Shown here in pieces: positions 25,641 to 40,371 of a DNA stretch of 64,000 nucleotides. The stretch is taken from positions 1 through 64,000 of the forward strand of contig JAXLNO010006027.1 of NCBI GenBank assembly GCA_038087875.1. Direction: 5' to 3'. Made by a program: the position numbers and the translations under genes. Numbering within the stretch: position 1 is the stretch's first letter; every line of letters begins with the position of its first letter. The notes under the pieces were generated by a model. That model was not told where the DNA came from. It worked only from the letters and a program-made list of their open reading frames with translations, and did no database searches. The DNA is from Malacoraja senta. Taxonomy: Eukaryota.

Positions 25641-26469
25641 CGTGCTGTAATGGTTATATGGTTATGTAGAGCAGTTGACACCTAGTAGAGCATGATGTAG
25701 AGCAGTTATCACCTTGCAGTGATAAGTAATATTTATTAAATTGATCTTCAATAAATTTGGAGTAAATTCTAATAAAGTATTATACACAGATATGAGTGAC
25801 TGATTTTGATTACATAACTAAAAAGATGAAATACAGAAAAAACATTTTTTGTGATTTAGCTAGAGGAGTAGATTTACTTGGTAGAACCTTTCAAGATAAG
25901 ATAGTCTTTAGATACCTAAATAATTCACATATTTGAACAAATAAACCCCCTGCATATTTAATCATAGATATTTGATCCATGGTGAACTAGTTGATCTTAG
26001 CTGAGAAGGCAGTGGAATACCATAATTAGTCTCACTAACCCAGGGATGGAGATGGGGCAAAAATGAGGCACTGTTTCTGCTTCTGATAACTATCCAATGA
26101 CCTCTGTTAGGAATGCGTGTGTCTAGTGAGAAGTGAATTGACCTCAGCTATGACCCTACTTCATTGTTGAAAAGCTTATGTAAGTTCACAGATAAGAAAA
26201 AATGACCACCAGTGTGGAGCTACAGGCCACTGGCATTTATGGAAGTGCTCCATTTTTTTAAAACTATAGTTTGCTGAGTTATGAGAGTAAGCAAAGTCAG
26301 AAACAAAACTATTCTTTTTTTTAAATTGCATCATTAGGGGCAGCACTCCGTGATTTTTTTATTGCTGATAAAACTTCCAACAGGCATTATTTTATAATGA
26401 ATATATGTAGGAATGCTGTAATTTTCCCAATCCAGAAACCTCCTTTATGATCTTCTGTTCAGATTGCAC

Positions 26470-26985
26470 ACATGTACGGTGCAGCTTTATAAAACTTTGC
26501 TGAGGCCACATTTGGAGTATTGGTCGTAGGGAAGAATGTGGTGTCTTTAGAGAGGGTGCAGAAAAGGTTTACCTGAATACTGCGTGTGCTAGAGGGCATT
26601 AGCTATAAGAAATAGTTAGACAAATTTGGATTATTTTCTCTGGAGCATCAGAGACTGAAGGGATAAAACTGTATAAAATTATGGGAGACATAGATTGAAT
26701 GGACAGTCAAAGCCTTTTTTCCCAGGGTGGAAATGTCAAAGACTAGACATCAGAAGGACAACATTTAAAGGAAATGTGAGGGGTACGTTTTTTTACACAA
26801 AGAATGGTAGGTGTCTGGAATGTGCTGCCTGATGTAGTGGGAGAACCAGATATGATAGTGATATTTAAAAGGCTTCAAATAGGTACATAGATATGGAATA
26901 AACAAAGTGTAATGGAATTCATTCAAGGGGAGGAAATTACTTTAATTTTGCATTATGTTTGGGATAGACATTGTGGGCTGTATTG
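26470..26985 (+). mobile_element. Old CR1 LINE 3' fragment
   Basis: LYKTLLRPHLEY remnant and degenerate 3' end. Confidence 0.7.
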
Positions 26986-29199
26986 TTGTCTATTCTGTAT
27001 ACATTGTTGTACTGGACTAGATATTGATGGAACTGCTGGCTGTCAAATAATGAAATATTTTGTGCATGTTCCAAAAATCTGTGTCTGGGTTGTCTTAAAT
27101 TTAATCACGATTATGCTCACTGATTAGACAATTATACTCAAGAATAATTACTGTGAACAGCTGAGGGTAAACAAGCATGGAGAGATAACAGAAGAACACC
27201 TTGATAATCTTCTGAAATGTGCTTGGAGCATGTTGTTTAGCCAAGGTGTGCTTTCCCTCCCTCTAATTCTTGATATACAAGAGCTGACAGGTGGTGAGAT
27301 AAGATCAAATGCTAAAAATGTACTTCATTTACCAGCACTGTGGGATTCACTGTGATGAATATAGAATAGCTTTGAACATTTACATTGTGGTCAATAAGAG
27401 GTGGTCAGATTTTAGTGACAGTCATGAATAACCCAAGGCACAATTTTAGCAACCTTGTGGGAAGATGCTTCATTTGACTAGGGATCGTAGGTGAGGGATG
27501 GTAGGTGAGGGATCGGTAGGTGTGGGTGTCCACATTAATAATTTAAATGCAAAATGCGCAAAATGTGCAAGTATAATTGCAATAAATAAATAAAATTTAA
27601 TTGCATTGGAATTTTGTACTGATATTACCATATTTTCTATAAATAAATTGTAAATATAGCAATTATGAATAAATAATTACTGTTTTTTTGCACTTTTTTG
27701 GCGATTTTATTGTTCCCTTCTATTTGCCTGACAGCATTAATTCCTTCCATGGATATTGTCCCCTTTGTACTGAATTTCTTCCTAGGCCTCAATGTGATGG
27801 ATCACTGTGCATCATCAACAAAATAGAATATGTGCAATCGTTGCACAGAGAACAATGCTAATTTGGAAAAGTATATTTAGTTTTAGGTTTTTCCACATGG
27901 TACATTGGATTGAAGGGGCATCTAATAGCAACTAATTAGGGTCCTTGGTATGAAATGGATGAGCGGTGATATGAATTTATACTTGCATTGTGGCCCTTGA
28001 AGATGATAAAGTTATGGGTGGCCTCGTGAGGTAATTGACAGGAGAATTCCTCTTCCAGGAAAGTCTAGACCAATTAAAAATGTAGAGACACATTTGAGAT
28101 AGACACAAAATGCTGGAGTAAGTCGGCGGGTCAGGCAACATCTCTGAAGAAAAAGAATTTCTGACGTTTTGGGTGGAGACCCTTCTTCAGACTGGAACCT
28201 GAAATGTTAGAGTAACATTTGAGTGAGTTTGAGCATAATCAACAGAGAGAAAAATTGGTGGAGTATTTAATGGTCAGATGATGCTTTCATTTTTGAAGTC
28301 ATCCCCACAAGCTCTGGATTAGAAATGATACTCAAAAAAATGAACCCAGAAAGAGTGACTGTAATGCCCTATAAAACCAATGAAGCGGAATTAATCAACA
28401 AGTTTAAAAGAGAGATAGATAGTGCTTTTGGTGGTAAGGGCATTAGCAGATGGTTCCTATTTTCTCTCTGTCATCTGTAATGAATAACACCAGGTAATTC
28501 AACTAAGCTTCTACAAAGGGTTGTATTTTCACACATAGGTGAATTTGGATAGCTGACCATCAAAACAGGTTCTCCAGTTTCTCCAGCATTTTTGTCTACC
28601 ATCAAAACAAACTAGATGGGTCTGCATAGATTCTGCAGGGTGTTATGAAACTGGGAACCCAACTTAAATTACCCGAGCCATGTCTCCTACTTGACCCGGA
28701 AGAACTGGAATCGGGGAGAACGGAGGAGGGAGTCAGCAACAGCAGGGGACGCTGGATAAATAGCCATTTTCAAGATGGCAGCGGACGGAAGAAAGGATCG
28801 GTGCCGCCCGGACAACAGGCCTTTAAGGCTTTGATAAAACTGCACTCTTAAGAACTTTGAAACCTGTGGGCACCGGAAACATGATGACTCTGTGTTCTGT
28901 CTCAGTGAAGTCTACTCTTACACTACAATCATTGCATCTTTGTACTTATCTATGAATCTGCTTATCTATAGTATGATTTTACTGGATTTTATGGAAAACA
29001 AAGATTTTCACTAGGTACATGTGACAATAAGATATCATCATCATCTTTATTATCATTATCATTATCACTAAACGTTATACCCTTTATCCTGTGTCAGTAC
29101 AATGTGAACAGCTTGGTTGTGATTATGTTCATCTTTTTTGCTGATGGGATAGCACACGACAAAAAGCTTTTCACGGTCCCTCTGTACAGGTGACAATAA

Positions 29200-29257
29200 T
29201 AAACTAAACTAAACTAAACTAAACTAAGCTAAGCTAAACTAAGCTAAACTAAGCTAA
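29200..29257. repeat. (TAAAC/TAAGC)n retroposon tail microsatellite
   Basis: Follows gtgacaataat, a LINE/SINE-type 3' end. Confidence 0.85.
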
Positions 29258-29339
29258 AATAATGTGTTAAAATTAGCAGAGTTTATTCCTCTGAGTTAAG
29301 TAGACAATATGATCAGCAAAAGTAATGACAGAACTTATC

Positions 29340-32250
29340 AACTTCTCCCCTCAAAGTTGCTTTGCTATTCATTAAGATCATTGTTCATCCAGCTTTCCTC
29401 AAGACAATATATTATCCCCTTCCCATAACCCTTCATCCCTTATTAAAAAAATGAAGTATCTCAGCTTTGAGGAATCAGCCTCCGCAGATTTACAGCGCAA
29501 CAGAATTCTAAAAACCCATAGCCTTGAGAGAGAAGAAATTCCTCTCATTTTAGTACTAAATAGGCCACTCTATATTCTTGGACTATGGCCTTTAATCCTC
29601 TGCTCACACTCAAGAAGAAATATTCTCCCACCATTTTCTGTGACAAGCTTCCGAAGAATCTTATGATTCAAGAATATCGCTCCTCATTCTCAAACTCCAA
29701 TGTTCAGACTCACACTGTTCAACCTTTCCTCCTAAGATAATCCTTCCCAACTTGGCATCGTCCAAGCAAACCTTTTCTAAATTGCTTCCATTGATAATAC
29801 ATGTTTCTTTAGAGAGGGGAACCAAACTGTTCACAGTACCAGGGATGTGGTTTTAGTAAGAACTCCCTACATTTATATTCCACTCTTCTTGAAATAAAAT
29901 CTAGTATTCCATTAGCCTTCAAGTTATCTGCTGCACCTGCATGCTGGATATCTGCTCATGTACACAGACCCTCAAATCCCTTAACTCTGGAGCTTGTTGT
30001 AGTCTTTCTCCATTGAAGTATTAATCATTCTTCCTTGCAAAGTAAACTTCCCATTTCCCCACATTATACTCCATTTGCCAGTTTTTGCCTACAGATTTAA
30101 CCTATCCAGTTCTCTCTTTAACTGTATGTATACTACTCACAACTTGCCTCCCAATCTAGTTTTGCATTATTTGCAAACGTGGCTACAGTTCATTCACTCC
30201 CTTCCTCTAAATTATTAATATGTATGTAAACAGCGGCAGTCAAAGCTAATCTCTCTGGTACCCTGCTGGTTACAGATTGCCAACCTGAAAATGATCCTCT
30301 TGTCCCTACTCATTGCATCCTGCTGTTTAGTTTGTACACTCTACAAACTATTATTTCCATTACCATCTTGCAACCTATCAGCCTAATTAACCTTTAACAT
30401 GGCACCTTGTCCAATGCCTTTTGAAAATTCAAATGTATTACACGTATGTTATTTCCATTCACTCTGGCAGACACTTCCTTAAATAGCATTAATGAATTTG
30501 ACAAACATGATTTCTCCTTCTCGAAGCTGTACTGACTTTGCTTGATTAGATTATGGTGTTACTATTAGTGTACCTACAGCGTACCAAGTACACTGTTACT
30601 ATTACCTTAATAATTAATGCCAACATTTTTCCAACATTAGACATTAGGCTAATAGGACTCAATTACTTATTTTGTGGCCTACCCTTTTTGAGAAAGGATA
30701 TAACCCTCATAGTTTTCCAGCCCTTTAAATTTGGTACTTCTCCAGAACTAAAGTTTAATGTGATAAATCTCTGGATAAAAGTGACATTTCAGGTTGAGAC
30801 CTTTCTTTAAACTGGTCTGATTCGGATTAGGCTAAAGAAGGGTCTCGACTCAAAACATCACGTTTCCTTTTCTCCAGAGATGCTGCCTGGCCTGCTGAGT
30901 TACTCCAGCATTTTGTGTCGACCTTCGGTGTAACTGCATCTGCAGTTCCTTTTCACACGTTACCATCCCAGTACCCACCACCATTGTAGGCCCTTTGTTT
31001 ATGATCCTAGGATGCAAAGCATTAAGCTTGGGGACTTTTCTTACTTTAGCTTCATTATTTTGCCAAATACTAATTCTCTGATGGTCGTGGTGGTATTTCA
31101 TTCCTCCCCTGCTTTTTTGGAATGAATGAAATCTTCGTTGTATCTTTTACCATAAAGATTGATGCAAAATATCTGGTTGTCATCTGCAACCTTTTTGTTC
31201 TCTATAACTATTTCTACAACCTCATTCTCCCAAGGAACTTATATTCACTCAGACCTCCCTCCTTCTTTTTGTGTAATTAAGGAATCATATTGCCAGTTTT
31301 TAAAAAATATTGTTCTCTAGTTTCTTCTCATAATCTATTTTCTCTTTTTTTGATTGATTTTAGACCTTCTTTATTGGGTTTTGAATCAATTCCAATCGTT
31401 GTGCTTATCACTCCCTTTTTTTCTCTTTTATGTTTCCTCTTTCAAATTAATCCCCTCTTTAACTTATTCGATTAGTCCTGGTTAGTTAATCCATCCTTTC
31501 GAATCCTTCCTCCTCACTGAAATATATTTTTGCTGGGAGTCATGAATAATTGTCTTCCTTATTTCCATCAAATGCCTACATCTGTCTTACTTGCTATGCT
31601 GTTTTCCCAGTCCACGTTAGACAACCTTTTTTCATTTTTTTGTAATTCCCTTGTTTAAATTTAACACAGTTGTTTCATACCCAAGTTTTTCACTCTCAGG
31701 CTGAATGCTAAATTCTATCATGCTGTGATCATTATTTCCTAAGGGATCTTTCAATCTGAAATCATTTATTCTACCTGTCTTGTTACAGATTATCAGTTTC
31801 AAAATAGCCTATTCCCTGGTTTGGCTCAAAAGCATATTGCTCCAGGAAACTATACTATATGCACAATGAATTCATTCTCCTGGCTACCATTTCCTATTTG
31901 ATTAACCCCAGCACCCATTACACTCTTCCCTACAATGTAATTACCGTTTAGGTCTATGCAATACTGCTACCTTCATCTTCTCTCCCTTAATACTTTTAAC
32001 CCCCAACCAAGTGGACTGTACATCTGACCCTCGGCCATCTCTCATAGTTGTACTTATTTAATTTCTTATTAGCAGAGCTACCTTACAACTATTTACTTCT
32101 CACCTGTCCTTCCTAAAAGCCAAGTATGCTTGAGTTCCCCACACCGATCTCCTTGCAACCATGTCATAGGAATCAGGTGATATTTGTTTCTCTTTTGTGA
32201 TATTCATTGATTTTGTTTTGAATATTATTTGCATTTCTATAAGATGATCA
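29340..32250 (-). mobile_element. Old ~3-kb CR1 ORF2 remnant, interrupted by a Penelope-derived repeat at ~30766-30957
   Basis: Degenerate FQKALDKVP (~30400), FANNAKL (~30160) and endonuclease GNNDHSMIEF (~31710-31740) motifs. Confidence 0.7.
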
Positions 32251-32496
32251 TCATTCTATCTTTTTTGCAATTTTTCCTTGTATTAACCCCTTCTGTTGGA
32301 TCCATTGTGGCTTCTCAGGTTATTTTATTTTCCATCAACACCGTTAACTCTTAAGTTTCATTAACCGTAAATCATTCACCTCTCTAAAGCTAATCAGTGT
32401 GTGGCTTAATTACCATTTGTGACTCATATCCCACTGTAGGTGGATACAACCTCATGTTTTTTTCAACAAAATACATGAATTTGGATATACATGAAT

Positions 32497-33487
32497 GAGG
32501 GTTCCACTCTCCCATCATAGATGAGGCGCTCATTCGTGTTTCCACGGTAGCCCGCAGATCTGCCCTTGCTCCCCCTCCCCCTAGTCGCAACAAAGACAGA
32601 ATCCCCCTCGTCCTTACCTTCCACCCATCAGCCATCGCATACAACACATAATCCTCTGAAATTTCCGCCACCTCTAACGGGATCCCACCACTAGCCACAT
32701 CTTCCCATCTCCATCCCTTTCCGCCTTCTGGTGAGACCGTTCCCTCCACAACTCCCTGATTAACTCATCACTTCCCACCCAAACCACCCCCTCCCCAGGT
32801 ACCTTCCCCAAGAACTGCAAAAGATGCAATGCCTGTCACTATATCTCCTCCCTTGACTGTCCAGGGACCCCGACAGTCCTTTCAGGTTAGGCAGAGGTTT
32901 ACTTGCACCTTCTCCATCCTCATCTACTGTATCCGTTGTTCAAGATGTGGACTCTTATACATCGGCGAGACCAACCTTCGCTCAGCCAGCGTGAACCAAC
33001 CTGATCTCCCGGTTGCTGGACACTTTAATTCACCTTCCCATTCCTACACAGCCATTTCTGTCATCGGTCTCCTCGATTGTCAGTGAGGCTAAACGCAAAT
33101 TGGAGGAACAGCATCTCATATTTCGCTTGGGCAGCTTACAGCCCAGTGGTATGAATATTGATTATTCTCACTTCAGGTAGCCCCGGCATTCCTTCTCTCT
33201 CTATCCCTCCCCCACCCAATTCGCACTCTTCTCATTTTCACCCTACGAACAGCCTATTTCCTTTATCATCGTTACATTTTTTGCATATCTTTCATTCATT
33301 GTTCTTTATCTCTCCACATCACCATCTATATCTCCCATTTCCCTTATCCTTAACCAGTCTGAAGAAGGGTCTCGACCAAAAACGTCACCCGTTCCTTCTC
33401 TCCAGAAATGCTGCGTATCCCGCTGTTACCCCAGCTTTTTGTGTCTATCTTCGATTTAAACCAGCATCTGCAGTTCCTTCTTACACA
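32497..33487 (+). mobile_element. Penelope-like element (Neptune-type) 3' part: Cys-rich linker, GIY-YIG endonuclease and terminal repeat
   Basis: RIPLVLTFHP, CKRCNAC linker, LIYCIRCSRCGLLYIGET, VAGHFNSPSHS; terminal ctgaagaagggtctcgacc-aaaacgtcac at ~33359. Confidence 0.9.
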
Positions 33488-34156
33488 TGAATTTCACAGA
33501 AAGTGTTGAGACCAGGAAATGCTCATTGATAAAAAAGGCCTTCCAATTTCTCAAAAACTGACTGGGCACACAGATGTCAAAAATTTAATTTCGCACTTAT
33601 GCAAAAGGGACAGCAGCAGATCTGCTGATGGAAAACTGGAAAACAAATGAAACTACGGAAAATGGAATCTGAACCAAGAACAGAAATGCTCTAAGAACCC
33701 ATCCCACAGATGATGCCTGACTGCCTGAGTTCTTCTGCCTTTTCCGTTTTTGGGCCAAAATCTGGGCTGAGTTAGTCATGGATGACCATTTTTAGCACCA
33801 CCCACTGTCAGCATTGAATTCTAGCTTAAAAACCTAGGTTGATATTAATATTATGTTTTGGTAGTTTTTTTAGTTTTAAAACAAAATTTGATGTTTCTTA
33901 TGATAATTATGTCGCAGAAGCATTTAGATGGTCAGAGTTGATAACATGTTAACATGTTATGATTTTATTTGTTCAATAAAGATATATGCCCATCCTGGAA
34001 TAAATAGATTAAATTCTTCCCTTCAGTTTGAGTGGATACTGTTTGGAAACTCGACCCATCTCAACACAGACGGTAATCAATAAAGATCAACAACATGAAA
34101 CCGATAACCATCATGCAGAAGTTGTAATAGTTAGCTAGTCTCAATCAGAGAGGTCA

Positions 34157-34415
34157 TAAATAGATGTAGGGATGCGCAGGAAGGAACTGCAGATGCTGCT
34201 TTAAACTGAAGATAGACAAAAAGCGAGTAACTCAGCGGGTCAGCATCTCTGGAGAAAATAAATAGGTGACGTTTTGGGTCAACACCCTTCTTCAGATTGG
34301 GTGTCAGGAGAAAGGGAAATGAGCGATATAGTTGGTGGTGTAGAGAGATACAGAACAATTGAATTAAAGATAGGCAAAAAAGTATCAATGATAAAGGAAA
34401 CAGGCCATTGTTGGA
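34157..34415 (-). mobile_element. Penelope-like terminal-repeat fragment
   Basis: Reverse complement is similar to 33230-33487. Confidence 0.8.
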
Positions 34416-35576
34416 TGTAGGGAAATGGGATATTAGTGGTGACCCTATTTGATGGTAGAAATTAATGCTGCTCTTTCAAAGTTGGACAATTCAAATATGG
34501 TGAAAATAACTGAACTGCAATGATCCTCTAGAATTAATAACCATGATGATAATTTAAGCATTTACCAAAAATCAAAATCTTCCTATTTGAATAAAATTGA
34601 TTCCATCTTTAACAAACATTTATCATGAATAGGATTGTTTTTTTATTCTTAATATATATTTATATGTGCTATCATCTGGTGATATATAATATGAATCCAA
34701 CTATATTTACAAGTTGTATTTAAGAAATGTATAATGTATTAACATAAGTAATGATGAGAGTTTACACAATATAAATATGAACACCATATAGTGTGGACAA
34801 CCATAATTCCTGTTAGTACAAATTTGGTATTTTGGATGGTTTTCATTTCACCAGGTGGTTGAAGCATAAGGTTTCCCTATAAATATTCTGGAAATGGTGA
34901 ATGCATTCAGCAATTGCTTACGACCCCGGTCCTAGTTGCAATTATAATTATTGCACGTATTTCAATGGTTGACAAACATGGAACAGTGGTGGTGTTAAAA
35001 AATCATTATCCTCAGGAATGACAAGTTTGTTAGACAGATTCAGGTTATAAAACAAAAGGTCAGAGTAAGCATGTGCCCTTAAATTGAGTTAAATGGAGAA
35101 GCCATGCGTGCATTTTCTTCCTCAAACGGTGACCAAATATAGACAAAGAAAAATCATAATTTGGGAGAGAATCAGGGAAGACTTTGGAACCTAGAGGACT
35201 TATGTTTATACAGAAGCATTTCCCTAGTGGGGGCCTTGGCACGATAAGGATCCCGTGTTTTCTGATTTGAGGTTCCAAATGATCTAGATGCCTTGCTAAG
35301 AATTTGTGTCCTCGTCCTCATACACGGCGGTAATTTCAGCAAAACTGAAATACCATGGATTTCCCTTTCGCTGCTACTTTGTTTTTGTCAAATTTACCTC
35401 CCAATCGAACAAAAATGTAATATATTGAATGTATGATATATAATTTATATACCCTTTCCAAAGTTGAAACATTTTCAAAACCAGAGCATTTGTTTTGGTC
35501 ACAGTTCTGAAACATTTGCCTCTTGCCTTGGGAAATTTCCGAGGGAGAAATGCATTCTAACATATTATGGTTGCAC

Positions 35577-35582
35577 TTTATT
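35577..35582 (-). promoter_or_regulatory. Candidate distal polyadenylation signal (AATAAA)
   Basis: Minus strand reads cagtaaagcAATAAAgtgcaacc, at the distal edge of the repeat-free UTR-like block. Confidence 0.45.
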
Positions 35583-37112
35583 GCTTTACTGAAAGAGAGA
35601 GAAAAGAGCAGTACATTTTGGAAGAAAGGTTTATTATGTGTTTGTTTGTTTCTTGAGACAGATTGGTTTTCATTCAAACAACCAGTAGGTGGACAGACCT
35701 AGCAACACAATCTGTCTGAAAAATGAAGCAGCATCACATTTAAACTGAATAAAATACAACAAAATCACAAGGTACTCAACTCTTTTTTTTCTCTTAAAAT
35801 GAGACCACAACTGGACAATAAACAAGTTCTACCCATCACCTTTACAATGTGTCTAGTGAACAGAGATCAGATAGTGGACTATCTAGCGTCAAGCATTTTC
35901 AACCCACTCACAGAGGTATGGAATCATAGATAAATACCCCACTACTGGCTCACCATATTTACAATCCCATTAAATTAACATTAAATAAATATATACAAAC
36001 ATGGACAATGATAACCCGCCCACCCCCTCCAGAGGAACTAGTGTTCCAACTTGTATATTTATTTGGAAAATGTTTTATAAAAATTCGGGTTACCTACTTA
36101 CTGGAGTCAATCATTATAAAAAATTATTATAGCATGTGATCAGGATGGAAACAGTCCAAACCATACAACCTGCTCGTACTCACGTTTGGCGTATGGGAAT
36201 AAGAGTTTGTGTTTATTTTTGACAATGCGTGATTCCTTTTCAACTGACAAGAACCTTGTGAAGATATTTGAGCATTTGGTAATTTCAGTATCGCCATACC
36301 CTGGGAGATTATTTCGTAAATGGTTGAAAGTGCAGTATGAACTGATTGAAAACAAACTCGGTGCAAATTTCAAATTTGCCATATTCACTCTAAACCCCAG
36401 CAAGATACATTGCACCAGTTAAGGGGTGAAACCGTTCCACAGACTTCCAGGGAATGGTCAACAAACTTCAGATATCGAATATATTTGTATTGGCATCATT
36501 TCAACTAGATTATAATTTGATAGTAGATTTGCTAGTTGCTTTCTTCCTGCATTGGTAATTAATTAGTTGGATGGACATCGTATTCTTCAAACTAAAATGT
36601 TATATGCTCATGCTACCCTCTGGTCATTGTAAATCTTTTATTTTGTTCAATCGTTAGGTTTGGGATATTGCCAGAATCACAATTTATGTCATTTTTAATG
36701 TCGTGATGAGCTTCCCAAAAAATAACGCAGTTTAAGATGGATATGTTTTATTTAACAGCCCGTCTTTCGGCCCTTGACCAAAAGTATTTCACTTTAAAAA
36801 AAACTCCTGGTCATGTACGATCGCAGATGGAAGTTTAGAACTTACACGGCTAAGCTTGGGCACCTGAGGAAGGAGGTGGATAACTGATTCACGTTTGATT
36901 TCTCCAATAAACAATGCTACTGATAGATACAACGCCCTTTCCATGTTGTGGAATTACTTCTCAGTTTCGTTATTGGGAGAATGGGATAAAGTTTCCATCT
37001 GGCGCGTGAGGATGAGCTGCAGAATGTGTTATTTTAATGTGAGTTGTCATCTGGTCATATCTGGTGGATGGAAGGGACGTGCTGGGTAGTGCGTGTGTGT
37101 ATGTGTGGGTTA

Positions 37113-37194
37113 AGTGAGTGAGTGAGTGAGTGAGTGAGTGAGTGAGTGAGTGAGTGAGTGAGTGAGTGAGTGAGTGAGTGAGTGAGTGAGTGAG
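37113..37194. repeat. (AGTG)n tetranucleotide microsatellite, about 20 units, inside the putative 3' UTR
   Basis: Seen directly. Confidence 0.95.
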
Positions 37195-40100
37195 CATGCT
37201 TTGGGCCTGAAAGAGCAGTGCAAACGTACAGTAGATTCTGCATCTTATTCAACGTTGTTGTTGGTTACATTTGCTGGGGGTGGCCTCCCGAAATTAAAAT
37301 GGATGAAGCTTGGACTGCCATTTCCGTGCAGTCTAAACATTATGCTTGGTTAAGTAAAATATTTTAGATTTTCAAAATACCAGATGAGCAGCGAGATCAG
37401 AGAAAACAGCAATATATCAAAAGGGAATGACATTCCAATCAATTTGCACGGAAATCTTCAATACTCATCATGGGTTGGAACGTTTTTACCAAAGGTAAAC
37501 AAAACTTTAATTAGACAATTTATCCTGGCAATTTAAAACTGATAGACATTTTCCATCGCCATTCGTTTTGTCACTGGCACTGGCAGCACAGTGCCCTTGA
37601 TTCAGTGAAGATAAAATAGGCAACAGACTTACATTCTACAGATCAATTTCAGTTCAACACTTTCGTTCTAAACACAACATTTTTTTTTGAACAGCAGAAT
37701 GCCAATAACTCTTGCCTTTTCTATTCCTCTAGGGACCTTGCACTTATTCTGCATCTTAGAAATAAACGTTCAGAACAAACAAGAGATCCGGGTGTGTTCA
37801 TCTATATATTTTAGCAATTTTGTTGTTGTAACTGAATGAGCAACTAAACGGTCAAACATTCCTTTCACACCTGTGTCCTTCCAGCGTTTCAACTTCCCTG
37901 CTAATGTATCTAATGAGTTTAGTCAGTTCTGGTGTTGGGTTTGTTTTGTGTCGCCACGGGGAAAACACTCCATCCGCCACATACCACCTGTGGACTCGCC
38001 GAGCAGCACAGGTTCGGCTTGTGATAACTCTTCCATTGAATTGCATGGCCTGGGGCAGAAAAGTGGAAAACATGTGAAAAGGAAGCTCGTTCTCAAAGGA
38101 GCGTTGAATTCTATGTAACGTCTCAGTGATTTATTATTATTTTTTAAATGGTTCATTTAAAAGGACTTTATAATTATATGAGAATAAGGAAAGATTATGG
38201 TATGGACAATCACAGATACAGGACGGAAGAAGATGGTTTTCAAGATGAGCCCACGAGAAATGACTCAATGCTCACAATAAGCAGTGTCCGTGATAGTTAT
38301 AACCGCCATATGGTCTAAATTGCTGAATCTTACAACAATGCATCGGTTTCGAAATGGACCATCATTTCAATTGACTACGCACAATAAACGTGCCCAGCTG
38401 GAATATCAGAACAGCAAACTGGGATCAAAGAAGGACAACTAGGTTCCCTATAATGATTGTTTTATTAATTATGGGGAAGCTGATGTCTTCACGGCAATCA
38501 CCACCAATTCTCCTCACCAACATACACACGGACGCACATACATGCATACAAGCACTCCATAATTAATACATCGCTTTCCTTGAATCCTTGATTGGCTTTG
38601 CTTTAAAAAAAAAGTCAGCGAGTGGGATTAAGTGATCGTGGCAAGTTTTCAATGAAATAAAATCGTTGAGAAGAAATCTGAAATGTGTTCACGTGGATAA
38701 ATATCTCCCAGTAGTGAGGACAGTTTCATATACCTTCCAGGAGCACGGAGGCAACGAGCACAGTATAAGAAGCAAGATTTGGTTTTGAAATAATAATAAA
38801 AAACACCCTTGTAGTTTGCGAACCCCAGAACCTCCGAAAACCCATTGGCAAGAATGTACATGTTATCCCCAATGCACGGTTTAAAGAACAGTTTAACCTG
38901 CAACAGCCTATCAACTGTTTTGAACATGATCCTCGTATATTTTTCGATGTACATTTGAATGAAAATAATGTGGCGGGACGTAATTTTAATGGTGAGTAAC
39001 TAATAAGTATGTGTAAGCTTTAAGTTTTTTTTAAATTTATAATGTAAAGCTTCATATATATCAGGACAACGTATTTAAGGGATTGGACATTTCTGCAGTG
39101 TATTTTCTTATTTGCAAATATTTATGATTTATTCTCCTGAATTGATGACAAAGAAAACGATTCTGGTCGCTTGGTGGTTTATGCATTTCTTCGTGACCTA
39201 AGACCTAGCTTTCAGTATGTGGCCTTGTTTGCTGCTGAAAACTTACATCTATAATTAAACACCACCCGTCCTCCAATGGGTCACTCGGTGGGATACTAGT
39301 GAGCCTTGGTATGTTCATTGGCGACCTCTGTCTAAACTCGTAAGAAGCAAATTGCCCAGCAGCTGAGGTCAAAGGTGCTTTGGTTTGGGTAGAGATCTTG
39401 CTCGCTCATCTAAGTTTAAAATTGCATGGTCCGAGTCCCCCAAAAGATTAGGTTAATTTATAAAGGAAAACATACATCAGAAACAAGACCAAACAAAATA
39501 CCAATGGGTTGTGAAGGGGAGTTACCTGATTTTATTCTGTAGTTAAGCAGCTGCTGCCAAAAGCAGAACATTTATTGAGAGGATCGGCCAAATTTAACAA
39601 TATCAAGAATTAAAATGAAGATGCTATATTAGGGGAACTCTGTCCATTTCTATTTCTTTCTCCCAATCTCCGTTGGATTCCAAATTGTCTCTTTGAAATA
39701 AACTTGCTCTCTGGCTGGCTAGACTTTTCTCGCAGTTGTTTTTTTGTTTCTGTTTGCATGTACCAGTGTTCACCTTGAACTTGAACTGACAACTGCAATC
39801 CAGGGTGAATAATTATCTCAATAGGGCTCCGTTTAGATTCATGTCGTGTGGGAGATTATGGGCAGCCATGCCTCGGACTGCCAGTTTGTGCTTAGGGTTA
39901 AAATGAGCAGGTACACGTAACTATTGTCACTGTGTGTGAAAACCATTAGACCTATATTAAAGCTAATGTTCTCAAATGAAGGGGGGCGGTTACTATTAAG
40001 CTTCCATGTTACCTGATAGTCATTTTCTTTTTGGTGGAATGTTTCCATCCTCGTAACACGCAGAACTGTGCACAAAAATCAGACCTGGAATGAGCGTGGA

Positions 40101-40371
40101 TCAAAGAATTTTGATAATAAAAAATCAATTTGCAGCCACCTAGGTGAATCTTGCAATCACCCGCCATTCTGACATAAAATGGAAGTTAAAGTGATGCAAA
40201 ATTGGACAAATACCAATAAAAATGATCTTGAAGCCTTGCATCCAGGTCCATAATGGTCGCAAACAGTTGACCCAGTGTTGCTCCTTTACGTGTGCGTGGT
40301 TGTTTCCAAGTTAATAGAAGATTTATTTTTATATAAAGCTACAGAAAATAAAAAGTTTGGAGGAATGTTTC

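Larger units (their letters stand above)
35560..40371 (-). other. TFAP2B: Probable long 3' UTR of TFAP2B
   Basis: Nearly free of transposons. On the minus strand it has AATAAA at 35577-35582, 36058-36063 and 39571-39576, two UGUANAUA motifs (35956-35963, 35990-35997) and AUUUAUUUA at 35982-35990. The end point is inferred. Confidence 0.55.

Noticed and set aside
40322-40327. AATAAA (minus strand) ~45 nt after the stop codon as the main poly(A) site
   Set aside because: It lies in an A-rich run, and UTR-like repeat-free sequence continues for kilobases; cannot be supported without 3'-end data.
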